Of a stretch of 64,000 nt of DNA, positions 1 to 11,594 are shown piece after piece; position 1 is the stretch's first letter; each line of letters begins with the position of its first letter. The DNA is taken from contig CBDCMT010000001.1 in NCBI GenBank assembly GCA_965219095.1, forward strand, positions 1,056,001 through 1,120,000, given 5' to 3'. Origin of the DNA: Bdellovibrionales bacterium (GTDB lineage Bacteria; Bdellovibrionota; Bdellovibrionia; Bdellovibrionales; UBA1609). A program made the translations under genes and the position numbers. The notes below the pieces were generated by a model that had not been told where the DNA came from, did not search any database, and was given only the letters and a program-made list of their open reading frames with translations.

Positions 1-55
1 TCTGGTCATTTATTCTGTAACATTTTTATTAGCTTTTGTTTTAGGCTTAGGTTTT

Positions 56-469
56 ATGAGAATGAAAAGACAAAAGCAGGAAAATCTTCTAGAGGTTTTT
101 AAAGGAAAACTTTTGCAAGCACAAAAGCAATTAGAGAAAGAGCGACGTAAAGGAGCTTTGAAAGTTCTAAGACTTATAGAGGAGAGTGTTAATCATTTAG
201 CTCAAAACAGAAGTTTTTCCACTTCCTTTCGTCATCGCCTAACACTTGATCAAAGAATTTCTATGTGTTCTTTGAAAATACAAAAAATCTTATCTCCTGA
301 ATTAGAAAAAATAAATGAAAAGTGGGAGGCTTTAGCTTTTGCTCCAGAAGATTCTGTTTTAGAAAATCAAAGTAGCAAGGAAGATTTGGTACAATTAGCT
401 CATCAAACCTGGGCTGTCTTAGAGAAGTCTTTTGAAGTTAAAAGAGAGGAAATAAACTATGGTGCTTAA
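56..469 (+). CDS. hypothetical protein (may start upstream of the called ATG)
   Basis: 137-aa ORF overlapping the start of the next gene; no recognisable motif. Confidence 0.6.
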   Translation: MRMKRQKQENLLEVFKGKLLQAQKQLEKERRKGALKVLRLIEESVNHLAQNRSFSTSFRHRLTLDQRISMCSLKIQKILSPELEKINEKWEALAFAPEDSVLENQSSKEDLVQLAHQTWAVLEKSFEVKREEINYGA

Positions 470-2696
470 TGTTGTGCTATTGGTGTTGAGCTTTTTTAGC
501 TTTTTTGTGGAAGCATCTGTTGTGAAAGTTTATATTTCTCCTCATATTCATTCTCAGTCTAGATGGTTTTCTAAAGAAACTAAAATATTTCAAAAAACTA
601 AGGTAAGTTATAATTTTTATAAGGTGAAAAAAGATTATCTTTCGAAAAAATTTATGTCATGCCTAAGTTTGACGAAAGCCATGAAAGGCTATCATAGTTT
701 TTATAGAAAATGGATTTTAAACTATCGGCTCAAGTGTGCTCTCGGTTCGAACAACATAGCTCGTATGAGAGCTGTTTTAAAAGAGGTCCATATAAAAAAA
801 ATAAAAAACTCCTCTGTGTATCATATAATGGCTCCTTCTTACATAGAAGCTGGCTTGAGAGTTTTAGAGTATCTTCTCTCTAAGAACAGAAGAGAGGCTT
901 GGGTATTAGGTGAAACTCTTTTGCAACTTAAGGAACGTATGAAAAAAGATGAGAAGTTTAAATTTTATCTTCTTATGGGAGAACTTGCTTTTATTGAGCA
1001 AAAAAATGATTTAGCTCTTAGCTATCTTCATAGAGTGTCAGACGTAAAGGTAAAAGAGATTTTTTTAAAAAACTTAAAGAAGTTTGAGGGGCTTTTAAAA
1101 AGCTATTTTCCTCAAGGGTATGATTTTTTTACCTTAAAACAAAGAGAAGAAGTTGTTTTTTACTCTGAAAAAGAAAGAGAGATTTTTGAAGCTTTTCTGA
1201 AGTACTTACAGCAAAAAAATTACGTTGATTCTCTTCAGGAAGGACTTTCTTTTTTAGAAAATTTTCCTGAGTCTCAAAATGGAAAAAAAATTTCAAAAGA
1301 AATGTTAAAGATTTATTTTAAAGCTCCTAAATCTTATGAGGCTAAAATTTTAAAGCTTTTCTCTAAAGCCTATCCTCATTGGAGGCTTCAATGGGCTTAT
1401 GAAATTTACCTTAAAGGAGACTTTAAATCAACTTTGACTTTGATAGAGGGCTTGAGGTCTTCTTTAGAGGAAACTACTTTACTGAAGAAGGCTCTCTTTA
1501 TTTTAGCAAGATCTTACTATCATTTAGGCCACTATAGGAAGAGCCTAAGAGTTTATAAAGATCTTATTAATTTAGAATCTCAGAAGTACATTTTTGACAG
1601 TCTATTTAAAGCAGGGCTTCTTCATTACCGTTTAAAGGAATACGAAGAGGCTGTGAATTATTTTGAAAGGTTAAGTCAGTTGGCTGAGAAAAAAAAGAGA
1701 GTTCACCTAGAAGATAAAGCTTTTTATTGGCTCTGGAAAAGTCTAGGAAAAATGAAGTCAAGAGCTGTCTTTGAGAGAAGGAATAGAATAAAAAAATCTC
1801 TTTTAGAAAAATATCCTCTTAGTTACTATTCTCTTTTAGTAAAAGGGCTGACTTCTCAGGATAAAAGGCTTAAGAAAGAGGATCTTCTTCAAATTAAAAA
1901 ACAGAAATTAAGTTTATGGCTTTTAAGCGGACAGTCAAAAGATTGGAGTAAAATACAGTTTTTAATAAAAGTGGGTTGGTTTGAAGAAGCTCAAGCTGAA
2001 CTTAATGCCTGGCCTAAACCCTTTTTAGATCAAGAAAAAATTGCAAGAGGGATTTTAAGGGCTCAGGCCTTTGATTACACAAAGACTTCTAAGTATTTTT
2101 ACGATGTTTTTTATAAGAACCCTTCTTTTATCTCTTTGGAGCTTGTGAGTTTAATCTACCCTGAAGAGTATAAAAAAACATTTCAGAAAATGAGTCGAAA
2201 GTATGACCTTCCTTATGTCTGGCTTTTAAGTCTTGTCAGACAGGAGAGCCATTTTGACAGAAAAGCTGTCAGTTCTTCTCAAGCTGTAGGCCTTACTCAA
2301 ATGATTAAAATGACTGCTTATGAGGTAAAAAAGGATTTAAAACTAAAATCCTTTCAGTTTCCTGAAGATCTGACAGATTACAAAATCAGCCTAAACTTTG
2401 GAGCTTATTATTTAAAAAAACTTTTAAAAGCTCAGAAAGGCTATCTTCCTTTTGCTGTTATGGCTTACAATGCAGGTTTAGGGCGTGTGAGAAACTGGTT
2501 AAAAGCAAGAAAAAACCTTTGGGGGGATTTTCAGAGACAAACTATCTCTTTTGATCAGATGGAGTTGTTGATAGAGGAAATTCCATGGAAACAGACCAGA
2601 GGTTATACAAAGTCTATTTTAAAAAACATCATCTTATACAAGTTGATTTATAAGGGGTATGTGGATTTTAAAAAACCCATATGGACTGAAGTATAG
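459..2696 (+). CDS. soluble lytic murein transglycosylase (SLT domain) with TPR repeats
   Basis: N-terminal signal peptide; TPR-like helices; C-terminal SLT motifs RQES, AVGLTQM, AYNAG. Confidence 0.9.
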   Translation: MVLNVVLLVLSFFSFFVEASVVKVYISPHIHSQSRWFSKETKIFQKTKVSYNFYKVKKDYLSKKFMSCLSLTKAMKGYHSFYRKWILNYRLKCALGSNNIARMRAVLKEVHIKKIKNSSVYHIMAPSYIEAGLRVLEYLLSKNRREAWVLGETLLQLKERMKKDEKFKFYLLMGELAFIEQKNDLALSYLHRVSDVKVKEIFLKNLKKFEGLLKSYFPQGYDFFTLKQREEVVFYSEKEREIFEAFLKYLQQKNYVDSLQEGLSFLENFPESQNGKKISKEMLKIYFKAPKSYEAKILKLFSKAYPHWRLQWAYEIYLKGDFKSTLTLIEGLRSSLEETTLLKKALFILARSYYHLGHYRKSLRVYKDLINLESQKYIFDSLFKAGLLHYRLKEYEEAVNYFERLSQLAEKKKRVHLEDKAFYWLWKSLGKMKSRAVFERRNRIKKSLLEKYPLSYYSLLVKGLTSQDKRLKKEDLLQIKKQKLSLWLLSGQSKDWSKIQFLIKVGWFEEAQAELNAWPKPFLDQEKIARGILRAQAFDYTKTSKYFYDVFYKNPSFISLELVSLIYPEEYKKTFQKMSRKYDLPYVWLLSLVRQESHFDRKAVSSSQAVGLTQMIKMTAYEVKKDLKLKSFQFPEDLTDYKISLNFGAYYLKKLLKAQKGYLPFAVMAYNAGLGRVRNWLKARKNLWGDFQRQTISFDQMELLIEEIPWKQTRGYTKSILKNIILYKLIYKGYVDFKKPIWTEV

Positions 2697-2759
2697 TCAT
2701 GTTTGGTAAAGTAGTCATTAGGGATCAAAAAAGTTAGAATGTTAGGAGGGGATGAAAGC

Positions 2760-4304
2760 ATGAAGAATTTAAGGGGAATGTTTTTGAGCATATTTTTAAG
2801 GCACAGATGTAGTATTTTTTTTATTTTGTTTTTGTTTTTTCTTTCATGCATATCATGCAGTTCAAACCCGTATAGAGAAAATTTAAGCCGTTATTATCAG
2901 CTTGATGGGCATCCTAGTCGAGGTAATGAAGATATCGATGTAATGTTGGGACCTGTTCCTGTAGAAGAGAACAAAGAGGTGGCCAGGTGGATCGATTACT
3001 TTCAAAACAGAGGTTACAGGCATATGGTTTTGTATTTAGAGCGTTCTACAAGATACAGGCTTCTTATGAAAAGAATTTTAAAAGAGGAGGGAATGCCTGA
3101 AGATTTGGTTTATATTGCTTTGATTGAATCAGGCTTTAGCCCTAGAGCTTATAGTCGTGCTTCTGCTGTAGGCTACTGGCAGTTTGTGAGAGATACAGGG
3201 CGACGTTATGGCTTAAAAATCAATGCTTATGTTGATGAAAGAAGAGACTTTATTGCAGCCACAAGAGCAGCAGCTAATTACTTTAAGTCGCTTTACAATC
3301 TTTTTGGGAATTGGTACTTAGCTATGGCCTCTTATAATGCGGGGGAGAATCGTATTAAAAACATTGTTATGAAATATCAGACAAGAGATTTTTGGTACTT
3401 AGCAAGAAATAAAAAATTACCTAAAGAGACTATGAACTATATTCCTAAATTTTTAGCAGCAACTCTTATAGCTAAGCATCCTAAAAAGTATGGATTTAAC
3501 AATTTAAACTATCAACCTCCTATTTCCTTTGATATGGTTCCTTTAACTCACTCTACTGACCTTCAAAAATTAGCTATTCATATGAACATTTCTTATGAAA
3601 CTTTAAGGCGTTTGAATCCTGCTTTCTTAAGCCGTTATGCTCCCGCTTATCGCACAGGAGGAACGATTTTAAAAGTTCCTAAAAATCGTAAACTTATGGC
3701 AACTGTAGCTTTGCAAAAAGCAAGAGTAAAATTTCGTTACACAAAAGATTATGCTTATTATAGAGTTAAAAGAGGAGACACTCTTTCTGAAATTGCAAGA
3801 AATTATAGAGCTTCTATAAGGCAGCTTCAAAGGATCAATGGACTTTCTTCCCGTTCTTTTATAAGAGTAGGACAACGTCTAAAAGTTCCCACAGCTTCAC
3901 CTTACAGGAACCGAAAAAAACGCCTTCATTCAAAAAACAAGATTGCTATAAAAAACATCTCTAAGAGATATTATAGAGTTAAAAAAAGAGATACTTTGTG
4001 GGAAATAGCCTCTCGTTTAAAGATATCTTACAAAAAACTTGCAAGGTATAATAACATTTCTTTACGCTCTAAACTTAAAGTAGGACAACTGTTAAAGATC
4101 CCTAGAAAGAAAATAAAAAACATTAAAAAAAGATCTCTTTCCCAATCTAAGAAATATAAGTATCACTCTGTAAAAAAAGGGGAATCTCTTTATTTAATTG
4201 CAAGAAAATATAACACCACTGTCAGTCGTTTAAAAGAACTCAACGATCTTTCTGAAAATCATATCTCTATAGGACAATCCTTGATTGTTAACTTTTTTCC
4301 TTAA
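2760..4304 (+). CDS. mltD: MltD-like lytic transglycosylase with three LysM domains
   Basis: IESG, AVGYWQF, ASYNAG, ET-x-NY motifs; three LysM repeats (YRVKRGDTL, YRVKKRDTL, HSVKKGESL); GGAGG RBS before ATG 2760. Confidence 0.9.
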   Translation: MKNLRGMFLSIFLRHRCSIFFILFLFFLSCISCSSNPYRENLSRYYQLDGHPSRGNEDIDVMLGPVPVEENKEVARWIDYFQNRGYRHMVLYLERSTRYRLLMKRILKEEGMPEDLVYIALIESGFSPRAYSRASAVGYWQFVRDTGRRYGLKINAYVDERRDFIAATRAAANYFKSLYNLFGNWYLAMASYNAGENRIKNIVMKYQTRDFWYLARNKKLPKETMNYIPKFLAATLIAKHPKKYGFNNLNYQPPISFDMVPLTHSTDLQKLAIHMNISYETLRRLNPAFLSRYAPAYRTGGTILKVPKNRKLMATVALQKARVKFRYTKDYAYYRVKRGDTLSEIARNYRASIRQLQRINGLSSRSFIRVGQRLKVPTASPYRNRKKRLHSKNKIAIKNISKRYYRVKKRDTLWEIASRLKISYKKLARYNNISLRSKLKVGQLLKIPRKKIKNIKKRSLSQSKKYKYHSVKKGESLYLIARKYNTTVSRLKELNDLSENHISIGQSLIVNFFP

Positions 4305-4355
4305 CCTAGCACTTTAATCAGTTAGCTAGAAAAAAAAGGGATTTTTGAAGTGCAG

Positions 4356-5828
4356 TCAGTATAAATACCTTCTTTCAATATGTCTCTTAAAAGCTTCCAC
4401 CTTTAAAGGAGAGTTTGTTACTTTATTAATCAGTTCAGAAGCTTTATAAAAACAACCCCATTTCCATACATTCTCTTCAAGCCAGACTAATAAAGCTTCG
4501 AAATTTCCTTTGGAAAAATCTTCTTTGAGACTCTCTATCTTGTCAGAAGCTTTGAAAAAAAACTGAGCGGCAGACAAAGCTCCTAAAGTATACATAGGGA
4601 AATAACCAAAAGCTCCATAAGACCAATGAGGATCTTGCAGACACCCTAGATCATCTCTACCTTTTGTTGATAGGCCAAAATACTCTTCCATCTTCATATT
4701 CCATAGCTCAGGGATATCAGATACCTTGATCTTATCTTCTATAAGTTCTTTTTCAATTTCATATCTTAAAATCACATGAAGAGGATAAGTCATCTCATCA
4801 GACTGTACACGACTGCAACCCCTTTCCACTTTAAGAACCTTTTTACAAACATCCTCTAAAGACCATTTTTCGGTTTCAGAAAAATGTTTTTTGATTAACT
4901 TTAACATGAAAGAAAGAAACTCTTTGCTTCTACCAACTTGCATTTCAAACAAAAGACTTTGGCTTTCATGAACAGACATGCCAAGAGAATTACCCACAGG
5001 TTGTCCTGTCCAAGCTTCAGGAAGACCTAACTGATAACTGGCATGCCCTGTTTCATGAACCGTTGCCAAAAGCCCTTGAAACAAATCATGCTCTTTATAA
5101 AATGTTGTGATGCGGGCTTCTCTTTTATAAGCTGAACAAAAAGGGTGTATGGCTTCATCAAGACGTCCCTTTTCAAAATCAAACATAAGATATGACATAA
5201 CTTCTTTAAACAGCCTCTCTTGTTGTAAAGGCTCAAAATAAATATCTTTATGATTCGGTCTAGCTTCTGGGAAAGCACTTACTTTAGGCATTAAAAATTC
5301 TTTAAGTTCTAAAAAAAGCTTATCAATGTGTTCCACTGTTTCCCCCTCTTCAAAAGAGTCAATGCATGCATTGTAGCGGGTTGTATTTTTCAATTCAGCT
5401 TTTAGATCTGCCTTCTTTTTTACGTATTCAACAGTCTTTTCTAAAGCATGAGAGAAGCTTTTCCAATCATTGTTCTTCTTTGCGTCTATCCAAACGTTAT
5501 GAGAATGAGAACTGGCTAAAGAGAACTTTCTTACAAAATCATCATCAAGAAGATTTGCCTTTTGAAAAATATCGTACATAACTTCTAAGTTTCTTTTTTG
5601 CCAAACTTTTAAATCTTTCTCCTCAAAGGCCTTTTCAAATAAATTCTCTAGCCTTTTATCTGTTAATCTTTCATGGATTACAGAAGATAGCTCAGACATT
5701 TGTTCTGAACGGCAAGGTAGAGCTTTTTTTCCCGTAAGAACGTTTTTATCCCAATTTAAGAGGCCTTGGATGGTTGTTAAATGAGATAGACCCTCAAAAT
5801 GTTTTTCTAATTTTTTGTATTCTTTCAT
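4356..5828 (-). CDS. M32 family carboxypeptidase (Taq-type)
   Basis: HPF, HETGH (HExxH), HESQS, GCLQDPHW and GYFP-x-Y motifs. Confidence 0.93.
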   Translation of the reverse strand: MKEYKKLEKHFEGLSHLTTIQGLLNWDKNVLTGKKALPCRSEQMSELSSVIHERLTDKRLENLFEKAFEEKDLKVWQKRNLEVMYDIFQKANLLDDDFVRKFSLASSHSHNVWIDAKKNNDWKSFSHALEKTVEYVKKKADLKAELKNTTRYNACIDSFEEGETVEHIDKLFLELKEFLMPKVSAFPEARPNHKDIYFEPLQQERLFKEVMSYLMFDFEKGRLDEAIHPFCSAYKREARITTFYKEHDLFQGLLATVHETGHASYQLGLPEAWTGQPVGNSLGMSVHESQSLLFEMQVGRSKEFLSFMLKLIKKHFSETEKWSLEDVCKKVLKVERGCSRVQSDEMTYPLHVILRYEIEKELIEDKIKVSDIPELWNMKMEEYFGLSTKGRDDLGCLQDPHWSYGAFGYFPMYTLGALSAAQFFFKASDKIESLKEDFSKGNFEALLVWLEENVWKWGCFYKASELINKVTNSPLKVEAFKRHIERRYLY

Positions 5829-5830
5829 AA

Positions 5831-6238
5831 TTACTCCTCCTTTTTTTTGACTTCTTTTGAGGAAATTAAATTTCCTGTAATAGCATGAGAAGCTCCTTCT
5901 TCTCTCACACCTGCTTTTTTTCTTTTTCTTAAAGCTTCGTTCTTTTCTTTTTCTACCTGTTCTGAAAGATCAATGACTACATCTCCGTAACACTTCAATT
6001 GACAAGATAAACGTCTTTGATCTAAAAAATAACCTGTGCCAATAAGATCTTTTTCATGGCTGAGAGGAGGAAGAACACAGTTTTCTCCTTCTAAGATACG
6101 TACACGACACTCTGTGCAAGAAGGCTCTCCATTACAAATGGACTTAATATAAATACCTTTCGAATGGGCTAATTCCATTACAGATTGATGAGGTTTTATT
6201 TCAAATTCTACATTTTGAGGTAAAAACTTAACTTTCAT
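5831..6238 (-). CDS. 2Fe-2S ferredoxin-domain protein
   Basis: C-x5-C-x2-C (CNGEPSCTEC) plus RLSCQ. Confidence 0.88.
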   Translation of the reverse strand: MKVKFLPQNVEFEIKPHQSVMELAHSKGIYIKSICNGEPSCTECRVRILEGENCVLPPLSHEKDLIGTGYFLDQRRLSCQLKCYGDVVIDLSEQVEKEKNEALRKRKKAGVREEGASHAITGNLISSKEVKKKEE

Positions 6239-6239
6239 T

Positions 6240-7502
6240 TTAATCCACCTTTACTCGTATAAAATTTTTTTTTCCTACTTTCAAAGTAAAATAATTCCCC
6301 GATCGAAGTGATAAACATTTTTTGTAATCCAAAATTTTTTCATTGGTTTTTACAAGATGACCTTCTTTAGATTTAACCTCTCCTTCTAAAATCAAAACAG
6401 CTCCTCCTTGAATGAGACGTCTTGCTTCCGAATTAGAAGAGGCTAGCTCTAAGAATGATAGAAGTTGGCAGATGTTTAAGTCTTTAGGTTTTACATTCAC
6501 AACCCTTACTTCCTTAGGCACTCCCTTTTTTTGAAAGATGGTCTCAAACTCCTCTTCGGCCTTCAAAGCTTCCTTTTTTCCATAAAATCTTGTTACAAAA
6601 AATTTTGCTAAATTCACTTTGACCTTTCGTGGATGCAATTGTGATGAGTTAAGGCCCCTTTTTAACTCTTCTAATTCCTTCACTGTTTTATCAGTTAAAA
6701 GCTCATAATAGCACAACATAAGGTCATCGGAAAGCTTCATAGTTTTTCCAAACATCTCTTTAGGAGGGTCGTTAAGAGCTATATAGTTGTCGTAGCTTTT
6801 TGACATCTTTCTTATACCATCTAGACCTTCTAGCAAAGGAACTGTCATAATACACTGTGAGCTTTGTCCATAATGTTTTTGTAAAACTCGTCCTACGAGA
6901 AGATTAAAAATCTGATCCCCTCCCCCTAATTCCACATCAGCTTTTAAAATCACAGAATCATAGCCTTGCACTAAGGGATAGAGAAATTCGTGAATTGATA
7001 TAGGGATTTCGTTTTCAAAACGTCTTTTGAAATCCTCTCTTTCTAACATACGGGCTACTGTGTACTGACTAGTTAAGTGAATCATATCTTTTAAATTCAT
7101 TTTTGAGAACCACTCAGAATTATAACATGTTTTTGTTTTTTTGCGATCTAAAACTTTAAATACTTGATCTTCATAAGTTTGAGAATTTTTTTTTAAAATT
7201 TCTTTAGTTAAAAGAGGGCGGGTTTTGTTTCTTCCTGTGGGATCACCTATGAGAGCTGTAAAATCTCCGATAAGAAAGATTGCTTCATGACCTAAGTCTT
7301 GCCAAACTTTCATTTTTTGTAATAAAACGACATGGCCTAAATGAAGATCGGGATTAGAAGGATCAAAACCTGCTTTAATTCTTAATGGTCTTTTTTCTTT
7401 ATAACTTTTTTTTAATTTATCAAGAAGTTCTTTTTCTGAAACAACATCGAGAATTCCTTTTTTAAGTTCTTTGAGTTGGTCTTCAGGTCTTAGTTTAAAC
7501 AT
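6240..7502 (-). CDS. tyrS: tyrosine--tRNA ligase
   Basis: [28 protein letters not shown]-terminal S4 domain; likely start ATG 7502 just after the rny stop. Confidence 0.96.
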   Translation of the reverse strand: MFKLRPEDQLKELKKGILDVVSEKELLDKLKKSYKEKRPLRIKAGFDPSNPDLHLGHVVLLQKMKVWQDLGHEAIFLIGDFTALIGDPTGRNKTRPLLTKEILKKNSQTYEDQVFKVLDRKKTKTCYNSEWFSKMNLKDMIHLTSQYTVARMLEREDFKRRFENEIPISIHEFLYPLVQGYDSVILKADVELGGGDQIFNLLVGRVLQKHYGQSSQCIMTVPLLEGLDGIRKMSKSYDNYIALNDPPKEMFGKTMKLSDDLMLCYYELLTDKTVKELEELKRGLNSSQLHPRKVKVNLAKFFVTRFYGKKEALKAEEEFETIFQKKGVPKEVRVVNVKPKDLNICQLLSFLELASSNSEARRLIQGGAVLILEGEVKSKEGHLVKTNEKILDYKKCLSLRSGNYFTLKVGKKNFIRVKVD

Positions 7503-7503
7503 A

Positions 7504-9102
7504 CTATCTTGCAAACTCGACAATACGATTTTCTCTCAAAACAGAGATCTTGATTTCTTTAGAGTAATTTAATTGTTTTTCAATTTTCTTAGCAATATCG
7601 TAGCTTAAAACAACAATCTGTTCATCCGTTACAACCCCGCTATCTACGATCACACGAATCTCTTTTCCTGCTTGAATGGCATACGTTTTTTCAACACCGT
7701 CAAAACTATTACCTATGGATTCTAAATCTTGTAATCTTTTAACAAATTGCTGAAACTGGGAGCGTCTAGCTCCGGGGCGGTTTTTTGAAAGGTTATTGGC
7801 TACTTGAACAATATGGGCTAATAAAGTGTCAGGATTTTCCATAGAGAGTAAAGAATCGTCTTCATGATAGGCTATAGCATAACAAACTTCAGGAGTTTCT
7901 CCTTGTTTAGAGGCAAAGTCAGATCCTGCTTGAGGGTGGCTTCCTTCATAAGTGTGATCTAAAGCATGCCCTATGTCGTGAAAAAGACCTGCTCTTTTAG
8001 CTAAAGCTTCTTTATAACCTAATTCTTTAGCAATTAAACCGGAAATAAAAGCCACCTCTATGCTATGTTCTAAAAGGTTTTGTGTTTCACGATGGCGGTA
8101 TTTTAAAGTTCCCAACAACTCAGAGATCGCAACAGGCACATCTAAAACTCCTAATTCAAAAGACGCTTGCTCCCCTTCTTGTTTGATGTCGGAAATAAGC
8201 TTGCCTTTGACCTTGTTAACAACCTCTTCTATACGAGCTGGATGAACTCTACCGTCTGCAATTAAAGTATCTAAGGCCAAACGAGCCACTTCTCTGCGAA
8301 CAGGATCAAAACTAGAAATGATCACACTATCAGTGGTCTCATCCAAAAACATATCCACACCACAAGAGGCTTCCATGGCTCTTATGTTACGTCCTTCTCG
8401 ACCAATAATGCGTCCTTTCACTTCACTTTCCCTAGAAATGGGTACTGTGGTTGAGGTTCTTTCAATACACACATCAGCCGAATAACGGGAGATGCTTTTA
8501 GTTAAGATATCCAAGGCTTTCTTACGAGCTTCTTGTTTGATTTTTATTTCATCTTCGAGCATCTTTTGACTTGCCATCTGTTTAGCGTCTTTTTCGACAA
8601 GTTGCCTTAACTCTCTCATAGCTTCTTCTTTCGTAAGGTTAGCTCTTTTTTCAAGTTTATCTTGCAGATCTTGAATCATTTTTTCAGCTTGTTGGTTGAG
8701 TTTTTGTACATAGGCTTCGGTTTGTTTAGCTTTTTGCTGTCTTTCCGAAAGGGCTTCGTGTTTTTGTTCAAGCTCTTGTTCTTTTCTCTTATAGTTTTTT
8801 TCTAAACGAATCTCTTTTTCTTTCAAATTTGTTTGTAGGTTTTTTACTTTTTGCCTTTCAGCTTGTGCTTCTTGTTCTATATTGCGACGAATGCGTCTAT
8901 CAAAGTCTTTGGCCTTTTTCTCAGCATTTTTTTCAATTCTCAAAGCTTGAGAGCGGGCTTTATCTATAACTCGATTAAACTCTTTACGTACTTTTCTGGA
9001 GCGTTTTTTAGACTGTATGCGATCATAAAAGAAAAACATAACTGCACAAAACAAAACACCTAGAAAAAATCCCAACTGAGAAAACCAACTTAAGAAATCC
9101 AT
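7504..9102 (-). CDS. rny: ribonuclease Y
   Basis: N-terminal TM helix, coiled coil, KH domain ([13 protein letters not shown]), HD domain (FHDIG). Confidence 0.95.
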   Translation of the reverse strand: MDFLSWFSQLGFFLGVLFCAVMFFFYDRIQSKKRSRKVRKEFNRVIDKARSQALRIEKNAEKKAKDFDRRIRRNIEQEAQAERQKVKNLQTNLKEKEIRLEKNYKRKEQELEQKHEALSERQQKAKQTEAYVQKLNQQAEKMIQDLQDKLEKRANLTKEEAMRELRQLVEKDAKQMASQKMLEDEIKIKQEARKKALDILTKSISRYSADVCIERTSTTVPISRESEVKGRIIGREGRNIRAMEASCGVDMFLDETTDSVIISSFDPVRREVARLALDTLIADGRVHPARIEEVVNKVKGKLISDIKQEGEQASFELGVLDVPVAISELLGTLKYRHRETQNLLEHSIEVAFISGLIAKELGYKEALAKRAGLFHDIGHALDHTYEGSHPQAGSDFASKQGETPEVCYAIAYHEDDSLLSMENPDTLLAHIVQVANNLSKNRPGARRSQFQQFVKRLQDLESIGNSFDGVEKTYAIQAGKEIRVIVDSGVVTDEQIVVLSYDIAKKIEKQLNYSKEIKISVLRENRIVEFAR

Positions 9103-9677
9103 CTTTTTTCTCTTCCATTTTCTTTTTCTATTTTGAGCAGATAATTCTCTGTTACAAGATAATCCATAAGAACGTCATGAGTTTCAAAGGGTAAGTCTTC
9201 TTCTGAAACCTGATCCGAAAAACAAAAACCTGCTTTAAGTCCTTTGTAATGTTCTAAGGCCCTGTCATAAAAACCTTGCCCATTTCCTAAACGACGCCCC
9301 TTTTTGTCAAAAGCTATCCCTGGGACTACCACCAAATAACAATTCTTCACATCTATAAGAGAGCCTGTATGAAGGGCGGGCTCTTTGAATCCTAGTTTAT
9401 TCTTTTCTAACTTAGAGTGAATGTAAAAATCAAGATTTTGAGCCTTTCTTCTAGGGTAGGCCCAAATGATAGAGGAATCTAAGGAGGATACCATAAGCTT
9501 AGCTTCTATATCTTTAGGACAGTAGGTCGCACATATGAGTTCTTTTTCAGAAGGTAGAAGCTTGGATAAAAACTGAGTTAAGGAGAGATGAATCGATTCT
9601 AGACAGCTTTTATGGCTTTCTATAAAACTCATTCGCTTTTTTAAAAAACTCTTTCTAACAGATTCTTTTTCTGCCAT
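9090..9677 (-). CDS. ygfA: 5-formyltetrahydrofolate cyclo-ligase
   Basis: VVPGIAFD..GRRLG.G.GFYDR and HDV.MD motifs. Confidence 0.92.
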   Translation of the reverse strand: MAEKESVRKSFLKKRMSFIESHKSCLESIHLSLTQFLSKLLPSEKELICATYCPKDIEAKLMVSSLDSSIIWAYPRRKAQNLDFYIHSKLEKNKLGFKEPALHTGSLIDVKNCYLVVVPGIAFDKKGRRLGNGQGFYDRALEHYKGLKAGFCFSDQVSEEDLPFETHDVLMDYLVTENYLLKIEKENGREKRWIS

Positions 9678-9713
9678 AGATGATTTTCCTCATTTTAAAA
9701 AAAGAAGAGATCA

Positions 9714-10019
9714 TTAAATTTCTACTTCTTTTTCTAAAGGGGCTTTTTCTATTTGTGACAGAATTTCTAGAGTTTGTTTTTGAAGGTTTTGTAATTCAGC
9801 TTTTGTGGAGGTTTTTAAAAGAAAATACTCTTCTGCTAAGTGAAGAGCAGCTAAAGTTAAGGCATTTTGGTAGGAAACACCAGACGCCTGTGCTTGCTGA
9901 ACTTTATCATTAACAAGCTGAACCATTTTATTAACCGTCCTTTCATCATGAGATGAACGTAGAGAAAAATGTAAATCTCCTATTTTAACTTCATAAACTT
10001 TTTTATTCCCAGAAGGCAT
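9714..10019 (-). CDS. zapA: cell division protein ZapA
   Basis: V-x-I-G start, LAALHLAEE helix, conserved position upstream of ygfA-rny. Confidence 0.85.
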   Translation of the reverse strand: MPSGNKKVYEVKIGDLHFSLRSSHDERTVNKMVQLVNDKVQQAQASGVSYQNALTLAALHLAEEYFLLKTSTKAELQNLQKQTLEILSQIEKAPLEKEVEI

Positions 10020-10315
10020 AAATTAACCTCAATTTGAATTCTGAAAACAAGTAGGACTCCTAGCCCCGCTTTTTTCTTATATCATATGTTACTTACCTCT
10101 TTAAAGACTAAATGAATTTCTAAAAAAAATCAACAAACAGCTTTAAGCTCCCTACTTTTGTAAGACTTTAGAGCTTTTTTAGCTTCTAGAAGGAGAAGAG
10201 GGTTTTTCGAGAAAAGCATGACATTGAGCGAAATGTATCAAATTGAGATGTCGCACAAAATTTTAACGACTGTCTAAAGTCTAAGTGCTTAAAATAAAAT
10301 AAACCCCCTTCTAGC

Positions 10316-10332
10316 TAGGAATAAAACTTGCA
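10316..10332 (+). promoter_or_regulatory. putative sigma-54 (-24/-12) promoter
   Basis: TAGGAATAAAACTTGCA: GG-N10-GC spacing with TTGCA, about 30 bp before the ATG at 10362. Confidence 0.45.
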
Positions 10333-10361
10333 GGTAATAAAAGAAAGAAGAGGGGATAGTT

Positions 10362-11351
10362 ATGAAACAAGAACAAGCACTGATTATAATTTTAGCTGTA
10401 ATCATAAGCCTTCTTTTCTTTCAAAACTGCTCAAGCTCTTATCCTGTAGGAGAAAGTAGTCATCTCTCAGAGGTTGAAATTACTCCTGGTCCTGATACTG
10501 ATGAGAATAATGAGGATGATTTTAGCATTGATATTGATGATATTGGTGATGGTCCTATAACAGATAAGGGGGTTTCATTACTTCCTAAAGATTTGAAAAA
10601 TTTAACAGCTACTCTTCTTTTAGAATCTCCCGAAGATTGCGAAAGAACTTGTAAAGAACAACAATGTCTCGGTACTGTTGATGAAAACAGTGAGCAACTC
10701 CTTCAAGCTTGCTTAGCTAATGTTGAGAATTGTGAAAACAATCTTATCAAAACCTGCATCCAAGAAAGCATAACTACTTGTAGTAGAGATAAGGGTTTAT
10801 GCCGTCCTTTAAAAATTCACCCTGATCCTTATACACTAGAGAGTTTTACAGTTCCTGGTGGTTACAGAAAAGCACAAGTCGTAGTAGAACATTGTACAGA
10901 CCGTAATGATGTGTTGGTTATTGAAGGTCCTTATTTTTATTTTAAAACTCTTAACTCTGGAGATCTTTGGAACGCTCGTTTTGGAGCTAATGTAGGACGA
11001 GGCCCTCGCTGTAAAAAAGAAGGGCTTTTAGATATTGCAAAAGTGAGAATACGAACTACGGATACTAATGGCAAATTTCATTCTGAAAAAGAATACATAT
11101 GGAAGTCTCCTGCTTATCTATCTTTTCCTATGACAAACAGAATGATTACTGATATGGACGATTCAGAACCTGTATTTGCTCATTATAAGGGTGCAGTAGG
11201 CCCTGGAGCAAAACTTCATAAAATCTATGACAACTATCATCTTAAAGGACAGCTTTCTTTTATTATGGAATACATCTTTTGGTATGATCCTAAATACACA
11301 ACAATCTTTGATTTTTACTACAAGAAAAAATCTAATACCGTTTCTAACTAA
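10362..11351 (+). CDS. secreted/lipoprotein of unknown function, Cys-rich
   Basis: hydrophobic N-terminus ending FFQNC; acidic linker; several Cys pairs; RBS GAGGGG. Confidence 0.75.
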   Translation: MKQEQALIIILAVIISLLFFQNCSSSYPVGESSHLSEVEITPGPDTDENNEDDFSIDIDDIGDGPITDKGVSLLPKDLKNLTATLLLESPEDCERTCKEQQCLGTVDENSEQLLQACLANVENCENNLIKTCIQESITTCSRDKGLCRPLKIHPDPYTLESFTVPGGYRKAQVVVEHCTDRNDVLVIEGPYFYFKTLNSGDLWNARFGANVGRGPRCKKEGLLDIAKVRIRTTDTNGKFHSEKEYIWKSPAYLSFPMTNRMITDMDDSEPVFAHYKGAVGPGAKLHKIYDNYHLKGQLSFIMEYIFWYDPKYTTIFDFYYKKKSNTVSN

Positions 11352-11594
11352 TTGTAAAAAACTTCATAAAGCATCTATGAAAAGGTATGCAAGAGAAAAC
11401 AGCTCTCCATTTACAAAAAAGACATTTTTTTTCATACGGTCACAGAACTGTCTAGATCACCAAGGCTGTCTTTCTGACACTAACTCTTTTTTTATTGATT
11501 GTCTATAATCTATTCCTATTATTCGTCTATTTTAACTCTCTGGGCTTTAAGAGCATAAAAATTAAGAAAGAAGCATTTCATGGCGAGTGGAATT

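Noticed and set aside
2648..9913. Short ORFs such as 2648-2851, 3669-3875, 5027-5278, 5366-5581, 8060-8245, 8851-9063 and 9680-9913
   Set aside because: They overlap well-supported genes on the opposite strand or in another frame and show no motifs.
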